This document shows positions 16,174 to 26,025 of a stretch of DNA of 32,000 bases, piece after piece. The DNA comes from Cylindrospermopsis raciborskii Cr2010 (GTDB lineage: Bacteria > Cyanobacteriota > Cyanobacteriia > Cyanobacteriales > Nostocaceae). A program made the translations under genes and the position numbers. The stretch covers positions 1,020,001 through 1,052,000 of the forward strand of contig NZ_CP065936.1 of NCBI RefSeq assembly GCF_003367075.2, written 5' to 3'. The notes beneath the pieces are model-generated. The model searched no databases. It saw only the letters and a list, made by a program, of their open reading frames with translations, and was not told the origin of the DNA. Position 1 is the first letter of the stretch. Each line of letters opens with the position of its first letter.

Positions 16174-16932
16174 ATGTATGACAAAGAGAATGTTAGTCTG
16201 CTCGATGATGAAGTAGATCTACAAAGTCCACTAGATAATATAGAACCAATTACCTCGGAATCGGAAATAGTGAAACCCGATCCTGATGTCATGCTAGAAC
16301 TCTTGCAAGCATCCGATTCTAAACAAAGAATGTTGGCTGCCCGTGCTTTTTGTGATATTTCCGATCCACGATCCATCCCCTACCTAATTAAACTATTATC
16401 TGATTATTGTCCTTTAGTTCGAGTTAGTGCGGCATACGCCCTAGGTCGTAATACTGCTATGGAAGCGGTTGACCCCCTAATTAATCAGCTAAATCTTGAT
16501 TTAAATGGTTATGTGAGAAAGGGTGTAGTTTGGGCACTAGGTAATTGCCATGATCATCGTTGTTTAAACCCCCTCACGGATGCTTTAAAAACAGATATTC
16601 CCGCAGTGCGTTTATGGGCAGCCAGTGCCTTAGCGCAAATGGCAAATATAGGTTATGAGGCTATAATTCGTGCTATACCACCTTTAATAGAAGCCTTAGT
16701 TCAAGACCCTACTCCAGGAGTGCGCAGTAACTGCGCCTGGGCCATTGGTCAACTCTGTAAAGAGTTACCTTCTAATATTATTTACGCTACAGCTATAGAC
16801 GCCTTAATTCAAGCCTTTGCTGAAGACCAGGATTTAGGAGTTAAAGAAGATGCCAAAGCTTCACTATTAGGAGTGGGAGATCCTCGTGGGTTACAACTCA
16901 TTGAAACCCTAGAACAGGAAGGTTGGTTTTAG
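16174..16932 (+). CDS. HEAT-repeat protein (PBS-lyase HEAT-like repeats)
   Basis: Repeated VRxxAAxALG units: VRVSAAYALG, VRKGVVWALG, VRLWAASALA, VRSNCAWAIG. Confidence 0.8.
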   Translation: MYDKENVSLLDDEVDLQSPLDNIEPITSESEIVKPDPDVMLELLQASDSKQRMLAARAFCDISDPRSIPYLIKLLSDYCPLVRVSAAYALGRNTAMEAVDPLINQLNLDLNGYVRKGVVWALGNCHDHRCLNPLTDALKTDIPAVRLWAASALAQMANIGYEAIIRAIPPLIEALVQDPTPGVRSNCAWAIGQLCKELPSNIIYATAIDALIQAFAEDQDLGVKEDAKASLLGVGDPRGLQLIETLEQEGWF

Positions 16933-16936
16933 AGAT

Positions 16937-16956
16937 TCCCCACCCTGAGGTGGGGA
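16937..16956. terminator. bidirectional stem-loop between the convergent HEAT-repeat gene and ndhD
   Basis: TCCCCACC-ctga-GGTGGGGA: a perfect 8-bp GC-rich stem with a 4-nt loop, 5 nt after the HEAT gene stop and 11 nt from the ndhD stop. Confidence 0.6.
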
Positions 16957-16967
16957 TGAATCCAGAA

Positions 16968-18542
16968 CTATTGGGCAATTACAGGGGTATTTACGGAAAC
17001 ATGTTGTATTTCTTTTTCCGCAGTTAAGGTGGGGACTGAGTCCCGCAATCTTTGAGTTAATTGTACTGTGGTTGCATCATAAATTTGGGTGAGCAACTTA
17101 GGGTAAAAACCAATACCAATAATGGGGACTAACAAACAGGCAATAATGAATACTTCCCTTGGTTCAGCATCAATTAATGCTTGGTGAGAAACTAACTCGT
17201 CGTTTTCTTGACCATAGAATATTTCCCGCAGCATTGACAGCAAATAAATGGGCGTTAAAATCACACCGACTGCCATCAATAATACTACAATCACCTTAAA
17301 AGTGGGGTTATAAGCATCGCTAGTAGCAAAGCCCACAAACACCATTAATTCCGCTACAAAGCCACTCATTCCCGGTAAAGCTAAAGAAGCCATAGAACAG
17401 GTGGTAAACATAGCGAAAATTTTCTTCATCCGCTTACCAACCCCACCCATTTCATCCAGCATCAGGGTGTGAGTCCGGTCATAAGTAGCACCCACTAAGA
17501 AAAACAAACTCGCACCGATTAAACCATGGGAGACCATTTGTAAAACCGCACCACTTAAACCCAGATCAGTAAACGAGGCAATACCTATAGTGACAAAACC
17601 CATGTGGGATATGGAAGAATAGGCGATTTTCCGTTTCAGGTTGCGCTGAGCAAAAGAGGTTAAAGCCGCATAAATGATGTTTACCACACCCAAAATGACT
17701 AATACGGGAGCAAAATAGGCATGGGCATCAGGTAACATTTGGGCATTCATGCGAATTAGAGCATACCCGCCCATTTTGAGCAAAATACCTGCCAACAACA
17801 TGTGTACTGGTGCGGTAGCTTCTCCGTGAGCATCTGGTAACCAGGTATGGAGGGGAATGATAGGCAATTTAACCGCATAGGCAATTAAAAAGCCGGCATA
17901 TAGTAGCAGTTGTAAGTTGAGAGCATAGTCTTTTAAGGCTAGGGATGACATATCAAAAGTAATATTATCACCATAGAACGCCATAGTTAGAGATCCCAGC
18001 AGAATAAACAGGGAAGCACCAGCAGTATACAAAATAAACTTAGTTGCTGCGTAATGGCGTTTTTTACCACCCCAGATAGCCAGTAAAAGGTAGACAGGAA
18101 TCAATTCCAACTCCCACACCAGGAAAAACAACAACATGTCCTGAACTGCAAATACGGCAATTTGGCCACCGTACATAGCTAAAAGTAAAAAGTAAAATAG
18201 CCTTGGTTTAAAGGTTACAGGCCATGCAGCTAAAGCAGCTAAAGTTGTAATAAAACCCGTCAAAATAATTAGAGGCATGGATAAGCCATCCACACCCACA
18301 GACCACCTCAAATCTATTTGTGGGATCCAGGAATAACTTTCTACCAATTGAAGGTCGGGATTGGAGAAATCATAACCAGTGTAGAAAGCAGCGACAATCA
18401 AGGCAAAATCAATCAGACCCACAATTAAGGCAAACCAACGGACTGTTTTACCCTCCTTATCGGGGATGATAGGAATGAGTAGTGACGCAGCTATTGGAAA
18501 AAGAATAATCGTCGTCAACCAGGGAAAATTAGGCATATTCAT
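16968..18542 (-). CDS. ndhD: NAD(P)H-quinone oxidoreductase (NDH-1) subunit 4, NdhD
   Basis: 524 aa and polytopic. N-terminus [12 protein letters not shown]...[13 protein letters not shown] and conserved blocks ([27 protein letters not shown]) are typical of NdhD/NuoM. Confidence 0.93.
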   Translation of the reverse strand: MNMPNFPWLTTIILFPIAASLLIPIIPDKEGKTVRWFALIVGLIDFALIVAAFYTGYDFSNPDLQLVESYSWIPQIDLRWSVGVDGLSMPLIILTGFITTLAALAAWPVTFKPRLFYFLLLAMYGGQIAVFAVQDMLLFFLVWELELIPVYLLLAIWGGKKRHYAATKFILYTAGASLFILLGSLTMAFYGDNITFDMSSLALKDYALNLQLLLYAGFLIAYAVKLPIIPLHTWLPDAHGEATAPVHMLLAGILLKMGGYALIRMNAQMLPDAHAYFAPVLVILGVVNIIYAALTSFAQRNLKRKIAYSSISHMGFVTIGIASFTDLGLSGAVLQMVSHGLIGASLFFLVGATYDRTHTLMLDEMGGVGKRMKKIFAMFTTCSMASLALPGMSGFVAELMVFVGFATSDAYNPTFKVIVVLLMAVGVILTPIYLLSMLREIFYGQENDELVSHQALIDAEPREVFIIACLLVPIIGIGFYPKLLTQIYDATTVQLTQRLRDSVPTLTAEKEIQHVSVNTPVIAQ

Positions 18543-18810
18543 GACAATTTATCTGTAATTAACATGAAGTTGGTACGGGAGCCCCTAATTAGTGACCTTA
18601 TCCACTCCACGACATTTATATTTTCAGCTTTTAATTCTCTAATAAATGCTCAAAATTATCTTAAAGTTGCCTTAATGGACAATTGGAAACATTTAAAGAG
18701 AACAAAAGAAGTGAGGAATTTAGACCAACACCCACATTATTATCATCCATTCCCCCATAAGGACAGGATTTGGATAACAAAGATATAAGATTTTCCTCAC
18801 TTTTTCCTAA

Positions 18811-21800
18811 TTAAGCCGTAAAATACTTAGCTGTCGGATGATAAGCAATAATTGCAGTTGTAGACTGTTCAGGATACAACTGTTCACTTTCATCCATATA
18901 CATACCCATCCTATTAGCATCTAATAATTGTAGCTGCTTGTGTTGATCGGAAATGTTGGGACAAGCTGGGTAGCCAAAACTATATCGAGAACCCTGGTAA
19001 CGTTGAGCTAAAATATCCCGAATATTATCCGGTTCAACATCGCCAAATCCCAGCTCCTGGCGTATTTTAGCGTGAATCCATTCCGCTAATGCCTCAGCAA
19101 CCTGTACTGCTATCCCGTGAAAGTAGAGATAGTCAGTGTATTTATTCTCAGCAAATAAATTTTGGGCAAACTTTGTTGCTACCTCTCCCACAGTTACCGC
19201 TTGCATGGGGAATACATCAATCAATCCTGACTCTTTGGGAGCAAAGAAATCAGCAATACAATATCTTCTCCCGGAGCGTTGGCGAGGAAATTCAAAAGTT
19301 GTGGTAATTACAGGATTTTTACTATTAATGTGGGTAGTTTCGTAAATCAATAAACTATTACCTACTGCTTGACAGGGGAAATATCCATAAATTACCTGGG
19401 GATGCAATAATTTCTCCTGGATTACACGTTGCTTCCAGTTTTCTAAAAGGGGGTAGACCGTATCAATTAAAAACTCCTGGTGTTCCGCTTGAGACTTTTC
19501 TTTGGGTTTGCGAAATTGCCATTGTCCCACTATCAAAGCCTGTAAATCTAAATAGTACAATACTTCCTCTAGAGGAATATCCTGGGGTTGTAAAAATCTA
19601 CTTCCCCAAAAAGGTGGTTGAGGACGTTCAATATTGGCATTCACGGCTTCAGAACTTCGGGTATCTACTTCCGTGGGTTGCTGTTTTACTTCCTCCTTAA
19701 TCCGCTCTTGGGGATTAATCTCTGGAAGATCTCCCTTAACCTCATCCAAAAACCCTTGTAAATCATCCCATTTACCCGCTGCTTTTGCTGGCATTAATTT
19801 ATCCATAAAATTCAAGTCATCAAAAGCATCTTTACCATAGATCACCTTGCCGTGATAAGTGTTTTGACAATCCTGGTTGACAAACTTAGGAGTTAATGCT
19901 GCACCTCCCAAAATTACAGGAACCGTAATGCCTTTTTCATTAAAAACCTCTAAATTCTCCTTCATAAATGCGGTGGATTTAACTAATAAACCACTCATGG
20001 CAATACAATCAGGTTGGTGCTTTTCATAAGCCTGAATGATATTTTCCACCGGTTGCTTAATCCCCAAATTAATCACCTTATAACCATTATTGGATAAGAT
20101 GATATCTACCAGATTTTTACCAATATCATGAACATCGCCCTTAACCGTGGCAATCACAAAAATCCCTTTCCCATTACTACCAGCTCCCGACTTTTCCATA
20201 TATGGTTCCAAATAGGCCACCGCTGCTTTCATGGTTTCTGCTGATTGCAAAACAAAGGGTAGCTGCATTTGGCCAGCACCAAATAATTCACCTACAACCT
20301 TCATCCCATCCAACAAGAAAGTGTTGATAATATCTAAGGGGGGATACTGCTCCAAGGCCTTGGCTAATTGCGCCTCCAAACCTATTCTCTCACCATCAAT
20401 AATATGTAGTTTCAACCGCTCTTCAATGGGCAAACTTTCATCAATTCCCCGATTCTGTTTAGCCTTAACTCCCGCAAATAATCTCGTTAACTCAGCTAAG
20501 GGATCATATACACATACATCCCCATTAAACCTGCGCTGATCATATATTAGTTGTTTACACACTTCCTGATGTTGTGGGTCAATTTTCGCCAAGGGCAAAA
20601 TTTTGCTTGCACTAACAATAGCTGCATCCATCCCAGCTTCCATTGCCTCATGTAAAAACATAGAGTTTAATACAATCCGCGCTGCTGGATTTAAACCAAA
20701 GGATATATTAGACACACCCAAAATTACATGACACTCGGGCAATTCTTCCCTGATCCGGCGAATAGACTCTATGGTCGCACTGCCATTTTTCCGATCCTCT
20801 TCTATGCCAGTAGAAATCGGTAAAGCTAAAGTGTCAAAAAATATTTCTGATGCAGGTATGCCATACTCAACCGCTTGACGATAAGCGCGCTGGGCAATTT
20901 CAAACTTCTTCTGTGCTGTTCTGGCCATTCCCTCCTCATCAATAGTACCAATCACCACACCAGCACCATACTTTTTCCCTAATTCCAACACCTTTAAAAA
21001 ACGTGGTTCTCCATCTTCATAGTTAGTGGAGTTGAGTAAACACTTACCCCCAGCCACTTTTAAACCCGCTTCCATTTTTTCCCATTCGGTGGAATCCAGC
21101 ATTAGGGGGAGAGTTACATTATTCACAACCCGGGAAACTAACTCGTGCATATCATGCACCCCGTCTCTCCCCACATAATCAACATTCACATCTAAAATGT
21201 GAGCCCCCTCCTTAACTTGACTGCGAGCTATGGAAACTAAACCATCCCAGTCCTCAGCATTGAGCAAATCGCGGCATTTTTTGGAACCACTAGCATTGAG
21301 ACGCTCACCAACTATTAAAAACGAATTATCCTGTGTGTAATTTTGTGTGGAATAAATTGATGCAGCAGCAGGTTCCAAACTTGGCTGTCTCACCTTTGGT
21401 TTTAAATCCTTAGCAATTTCCGCCAATTGTTGAATGTGATCTGGTCGTGTCCCACAGCAACCCCCAATCACTTGGACACCAAGATCTTCAACAAAATGCA
21501 TCAACGCCATGCGCAGTTCTAAGGGAGTCAGTTTATAGTGAGCTTGACCACCTATATTTTCCGGTAACCCCGCATTGGGAATGCAAGATACAACAAAAGG
21601 TGAATGTTCTGATAAATACTTAATGTGTGGTTTCATTAAGTCCGGACCAGTGGCACAGTTTAAACCTAGAATATCAATGGAATATGGTGCTAAAATGGTT
21701 AAAACGGCGGCAATTTCTGTGCCAACCAGCATGGTGCCCATACTTTCCATGGTGACGGAAACCATAACCGGTCTTCTTTCACCTTTTTGGCTGAAAACTT

Positions 21801-22338
21801 CCTCTATGCCATTTAATGCAGCTTTAATCTGTAATACATCTTGGCAAGTTTCTACAATAAATAGGTCTACCCCACCATCAAATAGAGCTGTTACCTGTTC
21901 AGCAAAAGCTGATTTCATGGTGTCAAAGTCTATGTGTCCTAAAGTTGGCAGCTTGGTGGTTGGACCTATGGAACCAGCAACAAATCTGGGTTTTTCTGGA
22001 GTGGAAAACTCCGCAGCTACACGTTTAGCCAGCTCGGCGGCGGTCTTACTTAGATAATAAGCTTGATCCGCTAAGTCATACTCTGCTAAAACTATGGAGG
22101 TGCCACCAAAGGTATCAGTTTCAATTACATCTGCGCCAGCTAGTAAAAAGTCCCGGTGAACTTTGGCCACCGCCTCTGGTTTGGTGTGTATTAGGTATTC
22201 ATTACACCCCTCGTATTCGGGACCTCCAAAATCCTCAGCGGTTAGGTTCTGAATTTGTAGGTTTGTCCCCATTGCACCATCAAACACTATAACTGGATGT
22301 TCAGGACTATGTAAACGTTCAAGAAAGGAATGGGTCAT
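18811..22338 (-). CDS. metH: cobalamin-dependent methionine synthase MetH
   Basis: 1175 aa with all modules: Hcy-binding (GGCCGT), pterin-binding, B12-binding DxHxxG (GDVHDIGKN), and a C-terminal AdoMet activation domain. Confidence 0.96.
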   Translation of the reverse strand: MTHSFLERLHSPEHPVIVFDGAMGTNLQIQNLTAEDFGGPEYEGCNEYLIHTKPEAVAKVHRDFLLAGADVIETDTFGGTSIVLAEYDLADQAYYLSKTAAELAKRVAAEFSTPEKPRFVAGSIGPTTKLPTLGHIDFDTMKSAFAEQVTALFDGGVDLFIVETCQDVLQIKAALNGIEEVFSQKGERRPVMVSVTMESMGTMLVGTEIAAVLTILAPYSIDILGLNCATGPDLMKPHIKYLSEHSPFVVSCIPNAGLPENIGGQAHYKLTPLELRMALMHFVEDLGVQVIGGCCGTRPDHIQQLAEIAKDLKPKVRQPSLEPAAASIYSTQNYTQDNSFLIVGERLNASGSKKCRDLLNAEDWDGLVSIARSQVKEGAHILDVNVDYVGRDGVHDMHELVSRVVNNVTLPLMLDSTEWEKMEAGLKVAGGKCLLNSTNYEDGEPRFLKVLELGKKYGAGVVIGTIDEEGMARTAQKKFEIAQRAYRQAVEYGIPASEIFFDTLALPISTGIEEDRKNGSATIESIRRIREELPECHVILGVSNISFGLNPAARIVLNSMFLHEAMEAGMDAAIVSASKILPLAKIDPQHQEVCKQLIYDQRRFNGDVCVYDPLAELTRLFAGVKAKQNRGIDESLPIEERLKLHIIDGERIGLEAQLAKALEQYPPLDIINTFLLDGMKVVGELFGAGQMQLPFVLQSAETMKAAVAYLEPYMEKSGAGSNGKGIFVIATVKGDVHDIGKNLVDIILSNNGYKVINLGIKQPVENIIQAYEKHQPDCIAMSGLLVKSTAFMKENLEVFNEKGITVPVILGGAALTPKFVNQDCQNTYHGKVIYGKDAFDDLNFMDKLMPAKAAGKWDDLQGFLDEVKGDLPEINPQERIKEEVKQQPTEVDTRSSEAVNANIERPQPPFWGSRFLQPQDIPLEEVLYYLDLQALIVGQWQFRKPKEKSQAEHQEFLIDTVYPLLENWKQRVIQEKLLHPQVIYGYFPCQAVGNSLLIYETTHINSKNPVITTTFEFPRQRSGRRYCIADFFAPKESGLIDVFPMQAVTVGEVATKFAQNLFAENKYTDYLYFHGIAVQVAEALAEWIHAKIRQELGFGDVEPDNIRDILAQRYQGSRYSFGYPACPNISDQHKQLQLLDANRMGMYMDESEQLYPEQSTTAIIAYHPTAKYFTA

Positions 22339-22406
22339 ATTTTTAAACGCAGCTCAAGATTTATAGGTTAACTTTTAGTAACATTTTAGTAACATTGGCT
22401 AGGAAT

Positions 22407-23381
22407 ATGAAGTGGAAATATTTTAGTTCACTTGTTAGTTCATTTGTGCAAAGGTTAATTTGCCACGAACTGATAGTTAGAGGAGCAAAGCATTGGACAA
22501 CAAGAGTGGGCATTATTTTTTTGATGTTGACAACCCTTATTATAGTAATTTCTACCGGTCTAGCAAGGGAACAGTATGGACAGAACGCCTTGACTAGTTC
22601 TGAAACATCTCAAGCAGTAGTTGTGAATCCATACCCAAAACAATTATTACAGGCACAAGCAAAAACAAAACAACCGAAATCAATACAAATACAAAATTTT
22701 TCTCAGTCACTTATCGAAAGAATTAAACAAAAAAAGGTTGTGAAAAAATACGTCACAACTAATAGCTTTAGTAAGTACCAACCTAAGTTAACAGCAGCAC
22801 AAGTACATCCTAGTAACTATGGGGAAAGATTCAGTCGGGATACCAAGGGTATGGCAGTTAGTAACCAACCAATTATTGTTTTACATGAAACAACATATTC
22901 TGCTAGGAGTGCAATCAATTACTTTCAGAACCATAATGTGGATGAAGATATTCAAGCTAGTTATCATGCCATCATTGCCCGGGATGGAACCGTAATTTAT
23001 TTAGTCCCACCCGATAAAAGAGCATTTGGCGCTGGCAATTCAGTTTTTAAAAATACAGATGGCACAATAGAGACAGTTCAAACTAATCCTAAATTAGCTC
23101 CTTCCGTTAATAATTTTGCCTATCATGTTTCTTTAGAAACACCTCCTGACGGTTGGGGAAAAAGAGATATTAGAGAACATAGTGGTTATACACAGGAGCA
23201 ATACAATTCCCTAGCTTGGTTGATTGCCCAAAGCCAAGTTCCCGACGAAAGAATCACTACTCATCGAGCTGTAGATGTGGCTAATGGTAAAGTTGACCCT
23301 TTGAGCTTTGATTTTGACAGATTCTTTAAAAAATTGCATTCTTTTCGAAAACTTCACAGTATTGCCCAATCACACTCCTAA
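22407..23381 (+). CDS. N-acetylmuramoyl-L-alanine amidase domain (amidase_2/PGRP-like) protein with an N-terminal TM anchor
   Basis: IIVLHETT...[18 protein letters not shown]...AYHVSLE...[19 protein letters not shown] fits the amidase_2 pattern. I prefer the ATG at 22407 to the TTG at 22395. Confidence 0.7.
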   Translation: MKWKYFSSLVSSFVQRLICHELIVRGAKHWTTRVGIIFLMLTTLIIVISTGLAREQYGQNALTSSETSQAVVVNPYPKQLLQAQAKTKQPKSIQIQNFSQSLIERIKQKKVVKKYVTTNSFSKYQPKLTAAQVHPSNYGERFSRDTKGMAVSNQPIIVLHETTYSARSAINYFQNHNVDEDIQASYHAIIARDGTVIYLVPPDKRAFGAGNSVFKNTDGTIETVQTNPKLAPSVNNFAYHVSLETPPDGWGKRDIREHSGYTQEQYNSLAWLIAQSQVPDERITTHRAVDVANGKVDPLSFDFDRFFKKLHSFRKLHSIAQSHS

Positions 23382-24689
23382 ATCTTTATGGGTAAACCCT
23401 TTCCTGCGATCGCCTGTATAGGTCTTCACAACGTGTCCATCTCCGATTAGGTGATATTTATAGGTTACCAACCCTTCTAAACCCACAGGTCCCCGAGGTG
23501 GCATTTGCTGGGTACTAATTCCCACTTCTGCACCAAAACCATAACGAAAACCATCAGCAAATCTAGTGGAACAATTGTGATATACTCCTGCTGCATTGAC
23601 TAATGCTTGAAAGGTATTAGCTGCTATCAAGTCTTCCGTAACGATCGCCTCGGTGTGCCGTGAACCATATTCACTGATGTGAGCGATAGCCTCTTCTAAA
23701 GAATCAACTATTTTAATGGACAAAATCAAATCACTATATTCTGTTTGCCAATCTTTTTCCGTAGCCAATTCAATTTTTGGTAATATATCCAAGGTTCGGT
23801 TATCTCCCCTTAGTTCTACATTTTCAGATTCTAAAGCTGATGCAACTTGGGGCAAAAATTCCTGGGCAATACTACTGTGTATTAGTAAGGTTTCAATAGC
23901 ATTACATGCAGCTGTATATTGGGTTTTGGCATCTACAGTAATATCAATTGCCTTATGAATATCTGCTGCTTTATCCACATACAGATGACAAATTCCATCC
24001 GCGTGACCCAATACTGGAATTCGAGTATTTTCTTGCACAAATCTCACAAAAGAATTTGAACCCCTAGGAATGATTAAATCCACATATTTATCTAAATTTA
24101 AAAGTTCTAATATTTCTTCTCGGGTGGTTAATAATTGCACCACATCTTGGTTAACATCAGTCTTAGATAAACCTTGTTTAATCGCACTCACTATAGCTTC
24201 ACAAGAACCTATTGCTTCTTTCCCTCCTTTAAGAATCACCCCATTCCCCGATTTAATTGCCAGGGAAACAATTTGAATAGCAGCTTCTGGTCTAGCTTCA
24301 AAAATAACCCCCAGCACACCCAAGGGACAGGTTATACGCTTGAGAATTAATCCCCTGTCAATTTCTCGATGGATTTGAACTTGACCCACTGGATCCTTTA
24401 GTTTGACTAGATCTCTTACACCAGCGATCGCTTCTTGTAGTTTATTAGAATCTAAATACAATCGTTTATATAATGATTTACTGATACCCTGAGACATTGC
24501 AGTTTGACAGTCAGCTATATTTGCCTGAAGTATTTCTTCTTGAGCAGACTCTAAAGCTAAAGCAATTGTATCAAGAGCATAATCTTTCTGGTTACTGTTT
24601 AATAGGGACAAATTAAGAGCAGCTAAGCGGGTTTTTTGGGCAATCTCTTTTAGGGTAGAGGTATGTTGCAAACTAATTTCTAAACTCAT
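23370..24689 (-). CDS. proA: gamma-glutamyl phosphate reductase ProA
   Basis: [17 protein letters not shown] and an aldehyde-dehydrogenase-type fold pattern. The start is assigned to the ATG at 24689 (MSLEISLQ...). The 45 upstream codons of the track ORF derive from the tnpB relic. Confidence 0.92.
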   Translation of the reverse strand: MSLEISLQHTSTLKEIAQKTRLAALNLSLLNSNQKDYALDTIALALESAQEEILQANIADCQTAMSQGISKSLYKRLYLDSNKLQEAIAGVRDLVKLKDPVGQVQIHREIDRGLILKRITCPLGVLGVIFEARPEAAIQIVSLAIKSGNGVILKGGKEAIGSCEAIVSAIKQGLSKTDVNQDVVQLLTTREEILELLNLDKYVDLIIPRGSNSFVRFVQENTRIPVLGHADGICHLYVDKAADIHKAIDITVDAKTQYTAACNAIETLLIHSSIAQEFLPQVASALESENVELRGDNRTLDILPKIELATEKDWQTEYSDLILSIKIVDSLEEAIAHISEYGSRHTEAIVTEDLIAANTFQALVNAAGVYHNCSTRFADGFRYGFGAEVGISTQQMPPRGPVGLEGLVTYKYHLIGDGHVVKTYTGDRRKGFTHKDLGV

Positions 24690-24724
24690 AATCACAAAAA
24701 CCAACTGGTGGTAGTAACTAATAA

Positions 24725-25257
24725 TTTTGGGAGGAGATACATATTGTATACATTTGGGACATGCTTCCAACAACGGATATACAAAAACCTGAGGAGGACG
24801 GTTCAATGGTGACATACTCCACACACTCCCTTACAGGTGAGAGTGGGCTTCTCAACGACTCTTCTTCAAGCCAGCATTCTCGGCTTTGTTTGAAAGTATG
24901 GTGATGAACTGTCCCCCCATCGTTAATACTTTTAGCCAATCTTGTTTTAGCAAGTCCTTTTATATTTAATTTTTCAACAGCTACTACGTCATACTTTTTG
25001 AGTAGATTATTAGCTGTTTTGAATTGGAAATCTTTTCTAGTATCAACAACTTTCTTGTGTAGAATACCCAGTTTTTTAATCGCTTTTTTACGGCGATTAG
25101 AACCTCTCTTCCGACGAGAGACACGACGTTGCGCAGATTTTAACTTGCGTTCAGCTTGGCGTAGAAACTTAGGTGCGGCAATTCTTTCATCTTCATGGAT
25201 GTGACCAGTTAGTACAAGAGTAAGATGGTACTTTTTGCAACTCTTTTTTATCATCAA
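24725..25257 (-). pseudogene. tnpB: decayed IS200/IS605-family tnpB (OrfB) relic
   Basis: [31 protein letters not shown]...[42 protein letters not shown] is the TnpB central/RuvC-II region. After a frameshift at the G-run the +1 frame reads [20 protein letters not shown]-stop. A further remnant, [11 protein letters not shown] (zinc-finger region), lies in a third frame. The N-terminal ~170 aa and the C-terminus are missing. Confidence 0.7.
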
Positions 25258-25263
25258 GCAGTT

Positions 25264-25289
25264 GGTGGTAATGTAATTGAATTACCACC
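25264..25289. terminator. stem-loop GGTGGTAAT-N8-ATTACCACC downstream of the Rieske gene
   Basis: Perfect 9-bp stem about 60 nt after the Rieske stop on the minus strand. No clear U-tract. It could instead belong to the IS relic. Confidence 0.3.
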
Positions 25290-25351
25290 CATGTAAGAGA
25301 GAACTAGTAACTAAGATTGACGTACCATTAGGGTGATTTGCAGTTGGAAAA

Positions 25352-25786
25352 TCAGACCGATTTAACAAAAACAGAACCAGCTTCGATTTTAGCCAAATAG
25401 GTTCTCAAAGGTTTTTCAGCTGGACCGTTATTTACCTTACCTTTATCACTAAATCTTGCTCCATGACAAGGACAAGCAAATTGATTACTTTTCCATTCCA
25501 CGGTACAACCTTGATGAGTACAGTTAGGTCTAACTGCTATTAAGTTCTTTGGTTTTTTAGATGTTCCCACCACTAAAACCGCTCCTATAGGGGAATTCTC
25601 AACTAGTAGTTGGCCATTTTTATCCAATTGGGCAACACTTCCGATTTTCTGCCAGTCTTTAGCCGCTTTGTTTGGTGCTGGTGATGCTAAGGTATCATCA
25701 TCTGATGTCAAAGCGGCAAATGCTATAGGTAAAGAACTAGCTAATAAACTTAAACCCACCCACTGGAAAAACTCGCGTCTTTTCAT
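25352..25786 (-). CDS. small Rieske [2Fe-2S] protein with a Tat-type signal (PetC3-like)
   Basis: Signal MKRREFFQWVGLSLLASSLPIAFA. Rieske boxes CTHQGC and CPCHGA. 144 aa. Confidence 0.85.
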   Translation of the reverse strand: MKRREFFQWVGLSLLASSLPIAFAALTSDDDTLASPAPNKAAKDWQKIGSVAQLDKNGQLLVENSPIGAVLVVGTSKKPKNLIAVRPNCTHQGCTVEWKSNQFACPCHGARFSDKGKVNNGPAEKPLRTYLAKIEAGSVFVKSV

Positions 25787-25861
25787 AAATCATCTCCTAT
25801 GTAATAAATGCCGATAATCAATGCAAAATTTGCACAACAGCCGAGAATTTCTGAGAATTCC

Positions 25862-25903
25862 GTAACTGAGTATACGAATCCTTCCCGAAATTTGCCCTAG
25901 GTT
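25862..25903 (+). promoter_or_regulatory. NtcA-activated class II promoter of nirA (GTA-N8-TAC-N22-TAN3T)
   Basis: GTAactgagtaTAC at 25862-25875, then exactly 22 nt, then TAGGTT at 25898-25903. It lies 120-160 nt upstream of the nirA ATG. Confidence 0.6.
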
Positions 25904-26025
25904 ATCAATATCGAAATTGTTACAACCCCTACCAGAGAACTACGATCAGTTGTTTTTCGGTGGGTAGTTGGCACGATTTAAGAACACGGATCCATAATCA
26001 ACCACATCCTGTTCCCCAAAAACCT

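Noticed and set aside
18564-18788. 74-aa plus-strand ORF in the metH-ndhD spacer.
   Set aside because: It sits in the AT-rich region that must hold the ndhD promoter/5'UTR and the metH terminator on the other strand. It has no motif, and its His/Lys/Asn-rich composition looks non-coding.
13584-23381. ampG and the amidase_2 gene considered as a linked peptidoglycan-recycling cluster.
   Set aside because: They lie about 7 kb apart, separated by unrelated genes on both strands. Nothing in the sequence supports co-regulation.
23370-24824. The 484-aa version of ProA given by the ORF track.
   Set aside because: The first 45 codons contain TnpB-derived sequence ([11 protein letters not shown]). 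ProA-like sequence begins at MSLEISLQ (ATG at 24689).
25264-25289. The 9-bp stem-loop considered as a subterminal IS200/IS605 end hairpin, which would imply a functional element end or omega-RNA.
   Set aside because: The adjacent TnpB relic lacks its N-terminal third and its 3' end, there is no tnpA, and no matching hairpin exists on the other side. It is kept only as a low-confidence terminator for the Rieske gene.
25960-26025. N-terminal extensions of operon genes in the ORF track: nirA from GTG 25960, nrtB from 28920 and nrtC from 29818.
   Set aside because: The extensions are basic or low-complexity and start at non-ATG or poorly placed codons. Internal ATGs (26026, 28989, 29866) give N-termini resembling known NirA/NrtB/NrtC starts, and 29866 has an AGGAG upstream. 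The 25960 extension would also overlap the predicted 5'UTR.
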